Shown here piece by piece: positions 26,569 to 38,172 of a stretch of 64,000 bases of DNA. Source of the stretch: Camelus dromedarius (Eukaryota); assembly GCF_036321535.1 (NCBI RefSeq), contig NC_087437.1, positions 39,806,001 through 39,870,000 of the forward strand. Reading direction: 5' to 3'. Each line of letters begins with the position of its first letter. Within the stretch, counting starts at the first letter, position 1. The notes beneath the pieces are model-generated. The model was not told where the DNA came from. It saw only the letters and a program-made list of their open reading frames with translations, and did no database searches. The position numbers and the translations under genes were made by a program.

Positions 26569-27764
26569 CTTTTTTTTTTTAAGAAACAAACTCACGACAC
26601 TTACATTATATTTGACAGGACCAAATGGTATTTTTTTAACATTGCCTTAGTATACAGCTGAGGCTGAACTAAGTCATACCCCAGGGAAAGAATGAAATTT
26701 ATACCTGTATCTTTTCCAAGATGGCTAGGAATGGAATCTCTCTAACCAACTTACTTTCCCTTCAAAACAAGGCTTTGGCCTTAAGCTGCCTTCCATACTA
26801 AAACATGAATTTCAAAAAGAGACACATATCAAATGTGCTTTGATTTCGAGTTTACTGAACACAATTATACCAGTTTAATACAACTAGAGAAACTGTAAAA
26901 CAAGCATCTCTTTACTACTTAATTTAACTTAGTATCCTTCCCAAGGTGCATAGGCCCCAGTATAATAATGCTCTAAAACTGTGACAGCACAGAGCATGTC
27001 CATGAGGATAAAGGAGCTGGTGTATGAGACAGCACCCAAAAACTCAAAATCAGAGCTAGACTAGACCTAGACAGAGGGGACAGTCAGGTGACTCTTCCAA
27101 GGTCCTAAGTCTGAGCTGGAGCAAGAACTCCAGGTTCCAGGCACCCAGGCCAGGCTTCCCTCCACTATCTCACACAGTCTCGCTGAAACACAAACCACTT
27201 GATGGATGACAAAGAAGGAAGCCAGGGAGCCATGCCACATGAATGGCCAGATTGTCGAGGGAAGGGGGGAGGGCGGGGAAAAGGAGTCAAGGGCTGCAGG
27301 ATAATATGGTTTCACAGAAATCTATTTGCAAGTAGATCCTGTGGTTACCAACGTGGCTGCCCAATGAGAAAGAACAACTGACTGACAGCACGAACAAAGG
27401 CAAGGACAGTCTCACAAAGGGAGATACAGGAGTCGCCAGGCTTCGTGCATATCACCAATACACTTCATCAACTGGAGACCAAGAATAACAGTGAGGGAAA
27501 GCCCACCGTACACAAGGGTCCCTTTATTCTGTGGGCTTTCCTGTTTCACACACACTTTACCTGATGAAACGTTAGACCTTTGGCTGCTATTTCTGCAGGG
27601 TCCTTTTGATTTTTCCACATTCGACTAGCACGTTTCGTAACTGTTTAGTGTTCCTATTTTTTTGCAAAGTAATGCGCCGTGCACACAGGTGACATATTTG
27701 GAAGTTAATGAAATCAGATGAAAATTGCCTAGATTAAAATTTCCCCATTTCTTCACTACAGTGT

Positions 27765-27778
27765 CTGCCACCTACTGT
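27765..27778 (-). promoter_or_regulatory. Candidate CTCF site
   Basis: Minus strand ACAGTAGGTGGCAG vs CCASYAGRKGGCRS, 13/14. Confidence 0.5.
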
Positions 27779-30700
27779 TCAGCCACAAAATACTGCAGCC
27801 CCGGCAGCAATAAAACTTCGCATTAATATTCTCGGAGGTGGAAAGACTCGATTAGCCTTTTTCTCCCCGCCCACCCCCACCCCCTCCTGTTCTTTGCTTC
27901 CAACTGTGTTTAGCTTTGGAACCTCCTGACAAATGGCCATTATTCTCTGGGCGAGTAAAAAATTTCTAAACTTTCGGGGAAATGTCGTTGGTCAGAAGCC
28001 CAAGGGAATCGGCTTGTTGAATTAAATGATAAATATATGCATTTAAGGTCATTAGAGACTTTATCTCCTGTGAAGGCTGTATTTGTCAGATTGATATAAT
28101 TTCTCTCAACTGAGTACTTAACTCCATCGGCCAGCATTATTACGATTATTCCTCTCCCTTTAAGTGGGAGACTTCTGGCAAACAGCACGTGTGTGCTTTC
28201 TGGTGCAGCTTCTTGAGCGATCAAGGCCCACCTTTGTTTCATTTCGTATGCAATTTTCACCTCTGACCCAAGAAATGAGTCCTGGGCTTCCTGAACTTTA
28301 TTGCCTGTTAATAGACTGCTGGCTCTCTTTTCAGCAGTAATAGAAATGGTGGAGAGGCATTTCATTTAAGAGGCTGGCAGACGGCAGCCTGAAAGACAAT
28401 GTCAGAATTAAAAGTCAGCCTGGCCAAGAAACAACATAAAGGCCACAGTGACATAAAAGAGGAAGGTTTACCATATTCCATCCCAGATTGAACACCCGGG
28501 ACAGAAAGACGAACAGCATCCCAGATCTAATTATTTTCCCACCGCACGACGGCAGACACCCTGAATGCTGCTAAGTGATTGATCCCATAATTCATCTTCA
28601 GCTTACACCTATCTACAGATTTTGTTTCTCCTCATTAAACTGGAGACATCAGTGACAAACTTATGAAGTGGCAGTCTTTGGCTTCATAAAATACACACAG
28701 ATGCTCATCAGAGGCTCTTTCCTGCCTGCTTCTTAGTGACACATGTTTATAATTTTGTCTGTACTTCATTTGCTGTGGTTTACTCTTAAGTACATCTGTT
28801 CAATTAAAATGGAGACGTGTGACATGGCCTGTACTCAGCAACTTTCGAGCTTGTTAACGAAATGTTCTAAGGTTCCCGCTTTTAGCTCTTTATTTGCAAA
28901 AGAAAATGATTGAAAAGTACAAATAAAATTACCCTTTAAAACACAAAGAAGTCGACTGTTTTGTTAACAGTTAGGAAAGGACATTATTACTGTATAAGAA
29001 CATTTTTTTTACATGAAAAGACATTATTAAAAATGATTTACTGCGTCGTGTTTGGAAACTTACAGGAAAAGTCTGATAATATATTAAACTTGTTTATTAC
29101 GACTTCATATAATTTTGAATAATACTACTTTTTCCTTTGACAAGTGCAATAAACTCTACTGGTAGAGACATAGGTTGATTATCACGAGTCAACTGTGTTG
29201 CTTAAAGAAACATGCCCAAACAATCAGCTTTTGACGGCTGCATCTCCAGTTATTTACAATCACCATCACAGTAATAACTCACCATTTCTATATTAATAAG
29301 GCAGTGAAATTTATTATGATGGTATTGAAAAGTTATTAAGTACTGCATCCCAAGTGACAAAGTACCATAGCACTGTCACTATCCAAAAGCAGTTGCCCAT
29401 TCATCACCTGCCTTTCCAGATGGTCCTGCATCTTTATCGCTCCCAGGTTGGTGACATCACCTGTTCACCCACTCAAAATTGATGATGAAAGCAAACAGAT
29501 CTATCTTACTTACATTTACCAAATCAATTTAATTTTTACAGGCCGTGGCTTGGTGACATATTGACTGTTTTCCTTAATGGCATCTACCGTATTTAATGCA
29601 AGGATGTCATCTTTGATTCCTGGCTTGCATAATATGTCATTTCATAATAAATTTTTCTAACATATTTACTTAATGGAAAGAATTATGATTGCTTGTCAGT
29701 TCCCTTATTAAACACAATGATAATTCTTTTTCTTTTTCAGTATCATCCATTGTGCAAAAGAGCTATTTTTAATCCCTCCCCATCTCTTAAGGGGGCACTG
29801 ACTTGGATATAAAGTAAGTTCTAATCAATTTCTGGACATATGACTGACCACTCTCAATCCTGGAGTTCAGTGAAAGGGCTTTAATCTTACTTATTTGTTA
29901 CTACAGAAGAACTTGATTATCAAGAGATACCGTGATTAAAATAACATATTAGCAACAGCTAAAGACAAACATATGAAATGCCACAACAAAAGTATAACAG
30001 CTGTAAAATTGATTTTAAGGGTTCATACAATGTTTAATGTTTACTTCTCTGGATTATGACAACCAGTTCTCTTCAGCTAGTGCTGTTCCATCAGACGTAT
30101 GTTAATATAAATATCTACACTGTGAAAGGCTAAGATGTGGGGTGAGAGCCTGGTCTGCTGACTACCCCACACTCACACACGACACCCTTTTCCCCAATAT
30201 GACTTACAGATCCCATCTGCCGCCCTCCGAGACACATCCTCCTCTGCCACGTGTTACCTAAAGGGAATAGATGAGCAATGTCTACATCCAGAGAGGTATA
30301 GGGCCCAGACAGCCAATCACTGTGTGGCCTCCCCCTGTCCTCAAAACACCCATCTATACTATGTGCATGTGAGTAACAATGACATCAAATAAACTCCAAG
30401 CTTGTCTCTACAGAAAAACTGGGGAAGGGTCTGTGACAAGGAAAAACTGAGTAATCTAAGGTGTATGTATCTATTTCTTTAGCTATCGTGAACCAGCCAA
30501 GAGAAGCAAGCCATAGTGCAAATCTTTGAGAGGTTAATGAGGACGAGGAGAGGGAAAGTTTTGACGGCCCAGGACCACGTGTTGACAGACTGACAGCAAT
30601 GGCTCTTGGTTACCTCCTTCTCTAACTACCTGGTTCCCTCTGTGTCACTGTAGCTAACCTCCCCTACCCCTTCACTAAAGCTCCACATGGTCTGGGGTAA

Positions 30701-31752
30701 GCTCCAAGTTAACCTTGCCCTCTACTGAACTGATTGGTCCCAGGATTAGTGACTTCCTGAGGGGATCGCAGGAAGGTGGAGAACTCTACCAAGAACCACA
30801 CTCCACCTGTGCTCCTACATTTAGTCTCAGTCAAAGGAGCAGAAACTTATACATCAACAACATCATCCTGGCTTGGCTTATATCTCTTTGCAAACCAAGC
30901 CCAGGGTTTCCTATCATTTTCCTGTAATTGGAATGATACCAGCTCAAGTTAGAAAGGAAGAAAGAAGAAAAGTCCAGGAGGGCAGGGCCAGGTAACCTGC
31001 TCCTACCTGTAGATTTGCTGCCTATAAGGAGACTCTTCTGGTTCATCTATTGAGATGAAGTTATCCTAACTCATCGGTTAGGCATTGTCTTGCCTTTGGG
31101 TGAGGTTTCCAGGAAAACAGGGATTCAAGCTGGCAGTGTTGCGAGACCAACAAGATCATCTTTTTTTGAGGGCAGCTGGCCTCTGTGCCAGGGTGGAGAT
31201 TCTATGCAGCCATCACACACCTGCTGAATTCCTACCACAAGAATCTAAACAAATGAAAAAAAGGAAAACACAAATCATCCACACCTGTTGCTGCCAGGCA
31301 GTGGAGGTTTCTGTGCCATGCCGTGCACACCTGGGGAGCCTGAGAGGTCAGCTGCAGTGTCAGAGAAAAATACCACTGCCAGCCAGTCGGAAGGAGGCAC
31401 AGAGGCACCCACCTCTCATGGATCTGGGACATGAGCTGCCTGGCCAGTAGTCACAGGAAATACAAGTCAGAGAAAATACAACCATAGCCACAAAAAAGAA
31501 AGGCGTATTTCCTATGCACAAGGAAAATTCTCGGTGGGGATGTGGCAGGAACAAGAGAGATTTCAGAGCACAAGTATCTATAATCATCATCCTCTGCCCA
31601 TCCCACCCCCAGGGAGGAAGGAACTTTTTGTCCTGGATCCACGGCTGGGTCCTTGTTTACCAGCCAAGTCCAGATACTAGGTAACCTTTATTAGGTAATA
31701 CTAGAATGGAAAAAGTCCACATTGAGTAAATTCATCTATATGACTTAAAATG

Positions 31753-31870
31753 TTTTATATATATAATAATATATATAAATTGTATACATAACATATACAC
31801 ATAATTATATACATGTATTATTATATATAATACATACATAATTTTATATATATATATTATTATATATATA
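31753..31870. repeat. (TA)n-rich low-complexity tract
   Basis: About 120 bp of interrupted TATA/TACA. Confidence 0.9.
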
Positions 31871-32173
31871 GAAAGAGAGAAAGGCAGACCTGGATTATGA
31901 GGATAGTGTTCAAGAGGGGAGAGTCTTTGAGAGCAGCACCTGCTGGATGTGTGAGATAGTGAAAGAGTAAGACAGTGGATGACAGGGGTACATAGGGAGA
32001 AAGGACAATATAAACAAAATCCCCTTTGATGTTTCTGAAAAAGATTTGCTTATTACTGGTTTCTAAGGGAGGTGGGTCACACACAACTTTATATGAGTCA
32101 CACAGAGAAAGTATCAGGGCCAAACATCCAAAATTCTTAGACCCAAAATCCAAATCCAAAATTAAGATTCCAA

Positions 32174-32620
32174 CTACTCAGCCATAGAAAAGAAAGAAAT
32201 AATGTCATTTGCAGCAACACAGATGGACCTAGAGATGATCATACTAAGTGAAGTAAGTCAAACAGAGAAAGACAAATATCATATGATGTCACTTATATGT
32301 GGAATCTAAAAAATGACACAAATGAACTTATTTACAAAACAGAGACAGACTCACAGACAGAGAAAACAAATTATGGTTACCAGTCGGGGGAAAGGGAGGG
32401 GAGGGATAAAACAGGAGCTTGGGATTTTTAGATATTAACTACTATACTTAAAATAGACAAACAACAAGGTAATGCTGTCTAGCACAGGGAATTATATTCA
32501 ATAACTTGTAATAACCTATAATGATAAAGAATATGAAAAAGAATATATATAAAACTTCATCACTATGCTGTACACCAGAAACTAACACAACATGGTAAAT
32601 CAACTATACTTCAATCAAAA
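32174..32620 (+). mobile_element. 5'-truncated artiodactyl-type L1 (ORF2 end + 3' UTR + A tail) with TSD
   Basis: tttgcagcaacacagatggacctagagatgatcatactaagtgaagtaagtc...tgctgtacaccagaaactaacacaac...caactatacttcaat. Flanks aaaattaagattccaa (32158-32173) and aaaattgattccaa (32621-32634). Confidence 0.93.
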
Positions 32621-35600
32621 AAAATTGATTCCAAACCAATCAATTAAAAAAACATAAGAAAGCATATGTATTTTTTTGTGTATGTGTGTGTAAGGTTGTG
32701 CAGAGTGAGTTCTGGAGACATCGTTTCTGTATCAGATGACGTTCTACAACTGACTTCCTAAAATTCCATTGAGAGGTATAAATTATTTTCTGTGTCTCAG
32801 GCAGCATTTAACTGGTGGAATAAAAGTCTGGGCTGAAAGCTGATGGGATAATGCTTAATAATGTGATAGAGTTTGCATCTGGAAGCAGTAGATACTGGGA
32901 GTAGGTGACATGACCAACAATCATAGAATAAACTTCTAATTGTTCTTGAACTTGCTTGCCTTATTCCTGGCCATGAAGGTTCCTCGGAGAAACTCTCAGA
33001 CTTTCTCCATTGGTCATGTGGACCCAGCTCACACTGTGGTGTGGAGCTGCTCAGTGAAGCAAACTATGTCTCTATAACGTTTGTATACCTTCTATCAGTA
33101 CAAGAAAAAGTCCCTTTACATCAAAGGTACTGTCAAACTTCTCATGCTGTACTAAAATCTTGTTATGTCAAATAGAGACTTAAAAGAAATGACAACCTAA
33201 CAGGTAGCTCTTGGTATCTATTTGCTCCACACACACGTCTCTTTCTATCATTCTATGTCATGATAGCTCACCACTTCTCGGTCTTTGTGATCTGGGGATT
33301 TGACAATCCTACTAATTATCACGTAGAAAACATTCTTTAAAAGCATACACTATTCGACCTAACTTTAGCTTCAGCTACATCATGAAAGGCCAAAAGATAT
33401 GCCAGAGCAAAAATAAGGATGCTATTTATTAACTAAATTTTCAGTAATTAGCTGACATATTAATTCATTTTTTAAAATTCCTGGGCAGAATTATGTATAA
33501 AGAGAAGCACTTCATCAAAAAATACTGATGAAATAAGTGTACAAATCCTCTCAGTGTCCCCACTTCTCCAGACTACCTATTTAACGTTACTCGAAAAAAT
33601 TCTCTCAATATTGCTACACCGAACAAACTAGGGAGCACAGAAGCTGAACCAACTCTTTGATCCTTCTAAGATAGCTCTGAATCAGCTACTTCTCACTGCT
33701 TCCCACTGCTTCCTAACTTATCCTCAAGGAAAAAGCTTAGAGAACAGAATGTGTGAGGCAGTGTTCCCAAATAAGTGCTCTAGAAAAACAAAGCATTATA
33801 AAGAATCTCAGCCCCCAGACTAACCAAATCCTAGAGCCAATTGTCAAATCTGTTAAAAGAGGATCTTTCTTGAACACTTCATGTTTTGAACCCATGGGTT
33901 TTACTATCGACTTAGCAACAAACTAACGAGGGAAGCAATAATCATGCAGCCATGGGGAGTGAATAAATAAGAAAGAAACTCATCCTGGTCTATTTTGTGG
34001 GATACACTTCCAATTGGAAGAAATCACCCAATATGCTTTTGAAAAAGGAGTGATTCACATGTAAATTCTAGCTGATCACCAAGGCAGGCAAAGTGAAACA
34101 AAAAACTCTTGATATTGGGGGATCTTTTAAAAAATGTTTGATACTAGACTTGCCCACATCTTCAACTGCACTTTGGGAATGCTAGAAGTTGTCAAAACAG
34201 CAATAAGATGAGTAGACATGGTGAACTTCATCAATACTTTTCATGGAAGAAAGTATAAGATGGACAAGCCTCTGATTGACAGAGCATGTGTGGGTGCAGG
34301 TAATGGGATTCTGATCTCTTCAGATCAGAAGGGAGGAACCCTCTTGAGCCCAGGTCAAAACTAGGGGTAGTTCATGGTGCTTCAGAAGAGTAAACTTCTA
34401 TTTTCTTTTAACAACCAGAGATTTAGTTTCTGCTATGTATTCTGGAAGCACAAGATGAATAAAATTAATTGCATATTCTTTTCCTGATTTCATTATGCTT
34501 AAGAGAATCTATAACATCTTCTTGGGCCCCCGTAACAATCATGTTCAGAGTCCTATTAACTAAGCCTCACTTTTTCTCTTAGTATTATCTTATTTCTTAA
34601 TTCCTCTCAAATTAATTATCAAAGTAAAACTGAATATCCAAACTATATTTGCCATCTTTTAAATAATATTGCAAAAATCTAATAAATTGTAATGTAAGGT
34701 TTTATGGGATTATACATTTATTATTAAATATATTTTTCTTCCCTAACTACCCATTAAAGATATTGGGTAGTTATCTTTTGGATAATTGGTAGAATAATTC
34801 TGTTGGAATCAATTCATTTCAAAATTATTAAGACAAAAGTCTTCACTTAGTTATCTAGCTTTAAGGATATGCAACTTGTCAAGTGAAGTTGCTTTCTCAC
34901 TAGTGAATAAGCATTTTCTCTGAAAACAATGCCAAACCAGATAAAATTCATTTTTGGCCCAAACAGACCTAGAGAGAAACAGGTGAAAAATATTGCCATT
35001 CAAAGATACCTGGTATATATCTCTAAAATCCTAAATTACCCCATTTTTATTACCAAACATTATTTGATTGTCAGCCTTTGACTCTGAATTCAGCTGTTAG
35101 GTATCTTGAAAGCATGATGATGTTGTTGTTTTAATGGATATCCATGTTTCAGTTAGCATATAGATTGCATGTTTTAACAGGTAAGGCATCACCGCAGAAC
35201 TCAAAATCAAACTTACACATGTGAGAACTATTTCTTTTTCAATGACATAGGGAGGCACACTTTCATTGTAATATCACATTTCAGGATTACATTGCTAGAA
35301 TATAATGTATTGTCAAAGCACTGAATCAAAATTATTTAATGAATTTCTGACTCCAGTAAAATCTCTTTCCACTATTTCTTCCCATCTATTTAACAGAACA
35401 TAAGAGAAATTTGCTGTCCACTCATGTCATTATTTTTCTAAGTCTGAATATGTGTATGCTAGAGGGGAGAAAAAGAAAAGCCAAGTTCATACCTGGTATT
35501 TTACCCAATCAAAGTAACCTCGAGCAATTCTGGGTGAGATGGATACAACAGAGAGTTTGGCACCTGATAGGTGCACTATCAACTGACCTATGTTCACTTG

Positions 35601-36054
35601 CAGAGTTTTATGATGGCCAATGACAGTGAACATAGGCAAACAAAATGTGCTAAAGGACAATATTCTGAAGAAACAGAACTTCACCTTCCTTCTCCAATCA
35701 CCCATTTCAGACTATTAAAAAAATATGCCACCCAAATTAACTCTTTGGCTTAAAAATAAATTTATGAATCCCTCCTGAATCGTTGTTCTAATTGTTAGTT
35801 AGGAAACAATCAGTGCTTCCTTTTCAAATAAACCCAGAGGCACATAATTAGACCATTCTGAAGATAACTGAACTTGCAGGAAAGAAAAGTGGGAGAAAGA
35901 GCATCATTTATAAAAATCAGTAAGTAAAATATACATTGGCCTTCACGCTACCTAATGACCCTAGGCTAGAGCTGTATTTCAGCCAAGCTTTTCTTGTTGC
36001 TTTCCACCTGTTAAGCTCTTCTCCCAGGTGGAAGTTTCTTTAGTAGACTTCTAA

Positions 36055-36255
36055 CACACAATGTCACATTTTACCTTCACAGCAACCCTAATTGGATAGG
36101 TATAATTATTACCACCATATTACATATAAATAAACGGAGGGTCAGTGAATTTAGTGACTTCTCCCAAATTATTCAACTAGCACACGGAACCCTGAGGAGG
36201 ATCCAAGCCCGGGAAGTCTCCCTCCAGAAGCCGGTTCCCTCCTGCTCTGCCATGC
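36055..36255 (-). mobile_element. MIR SINE
   Basis: cttcacagcaacccta...ataggtataattattaccaccatattacatataaataaacggaggg...agtgacttctcccaa. Confidence 0.7.
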
Positions 36256-36834
36256 AGGTCCTATGTCATCACATAATGGTCATCCTTAGAAGGAAACATA
36301 TGAGAAAACCTCATCTTGAACAAGCAGAACTTTTAAAGTTATTCTTTGTTCAATCCGTAACTCTAAATTTCTAAACCTAAGAAAAAATGTTCAATCATTG
36401 ATTACTTTCAGGTCCTAGAGACAATCAAGCACTCCCCAGTCTTTGAACATCTTTCTGTTTGAGACAAGTCATATGCCTATGCAAGGTGGAAATCACTGCC
36501 AAACTCTAATATTATTTCTAAAGTTTTTCTTTATCAAATCAATACTGGTTTGGGAGAAATCATACAAATGATGTTTTTGATGTCCATGGCTTAATTTTAC
36601 CTAACTGTATATTCTGATCTGTAAACCATATTTTAAAAAATATCTTATTTCTCTAAAATACAAGCTTAAATTACTTTTCAAAAGTGCCCTGTTTGAGAGA
36701 TATATTCAACTTTTAAAAAATTATTTAAATAGGATTCATAAAAGTGGGGCCTAATTACAATACTATCTTTGATCTTTCTCTTTTAAAAACTTTCTTTGGA
36801 GAGACTCCCGTATCTCTTTACTTAATTATAAGTA

Positions 36835-36990
36835 TATAACAACTAACAATGTGTGGCAATTATTATCAGCCCATTGGTCAAATAAAAATGCTAGAAGCAA
36901 TTGACTTTGAGTAGTTCCCCTAGAATCGCACAGAGTTAAGACTTCATTCCATATTCTAAAATCCAGATTCTAGCTTTTTCCATGGACCTA
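36835..36990 (-). mobile_element. Degenerate MIR fragment
   Basis: attattatcagcccatt...cacagagttaag...ctagctttttccatggacc. Confidence 0.4.
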
Positions 36991-37039
36991 TCTCAGCCTT
37001 CAGTCCTTGCCATCTCTTTCAGAGTAACATAATCCTATA

Positions 37040-38050
37040 TCCATTCATTCTTCCTTCCATTTATTCTTTCACTCATTCCATTATTGAACAATTATTTGTT
37101 AAATATCTGTGTAATGGACTGAATGTTTGAGTGACCACCAAATCTATATGTTGAAGATCTAACTTCTAATGTGACTATATTTGGAGACAGGGCCTTTAGG
37201 AGGTAAATAAGGTTCAATGGAGGTCATAAGGGTGCGGTCCTGATCCAATAAGATTAGTGTTCTTATAAGAAGGAAGGACACCAGAGAGCGCTCGCCTCCT
37301 CTCACCTTTCTCAATGCTTGTGTGTACATACATGTGCACACGCCTAGGAATGGCCATGTGAAGACATATCAAGGAGGCAGCATCTGCACACCAGGAGAAA
37401 AGTTCTTGCCAGAAACAAAATCAGCTGAAACTTTGCTCTCACACCTCTAGCCTCCAGAATTGTGAGCAAATAAATTTCTGTTGTTTAAGCCACCCAGTCT
37501 ACAGCTTATTGTTACAGCAGCCTGAGCTGACTAATCCAGTCTGAGTATTTCAGGTAAAGTTGTTAGCATTAGATGACACCACAGACACCACAGACAGAAC
37601 CCAAGCAAGATACTGTACTTACAGGCTACAGCTAATGCCAGCTCTCCTGGAAATTTGGCTCTACTGGGGAAACTAGACAAATAATTTGGACACTGCACAA
37701 TGTTTTATGTTCTTTAGTATGAATTTACCTGGTGCTATGGTGGGACAAAATTTAAACAGGACTGAATGGTGACTAGAAAGGTCAGGGATGGTGTCATGGA
37801 AGAAGAGAACTTGAGGAGTGAATAGAAATTTGCTAAGGATGGGAAGGAAGAGATTTCCCAGGTAGGGAGACCAGTGTGTGCAGAGAATGGAGGCTTAATA
37901 GAATATAGGAACTATAAATCAGAGAGGGTTGCCATGGGAAAAGAGAGTAGAGTCAAAGATGATCTGCTTTTCTAGCTCGAACAACTGGACAGATGGTAAT
38001 GCAATTTATTATACAGGAAATGCACAAGGAGGGGAGCTTTGGAGGGAGAA
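37040..38050 (-). mobile_element. L2 LINE (antisense), interrupted by an MLT1 LTR
   Basis: cattcattc...tatttgttaaatatc 3' tail, resuming after 37543 with ggtcagggatggtgtcatggaagaag, tttcccaggtagggagaccagtgtgtgcaga and gagtcaaagatga. Confidence 0.7.
37110..37538 (+). mobile_element. MLT1A/B-type ERVL-MaLR solo LTR
   Basis: TG...CA termini (tgtaatggactgaatg ... gagctgactaatcca), poly(A)-signal region aataaatttctgttgtttaagccacccagtct, and 5-bp flanks atctg / gtctg. Confidence 0.93.
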
Positions 38051-38124
38051 AAGAAAAAGGATGGTACAGGAGATAGGAAGGCTTTGTTCAGTTATTGATA
38101 GCCTGGGTTTCTGTCAAGGAAACT

Positions 38125-38172
38125 TTTAGCACAGAATCTGATGCATAGTAGGCACTCAAGAATTTGCTGAAT
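38125..38172 (+). mobile_element. L2 3' terminal fragment
   Basis: tagcacagaatctgatgcatagtaggcactcaagaatttgctgaat. Confidence 0.6.

Noticed and set aside
27940..28365. 141-aa minus-strand ORF as a protein-coding gene or extra MECOM exon
   Set aside because: No similarity to MECOM or any protein I recognise. An ORF this long is plausible by chance in 64 kb of six frames.
29208..29227. p53/p63 response element
   Set aside because: Only one perfect half-site (AAACATGCCC). The second decamer lacks the core G.
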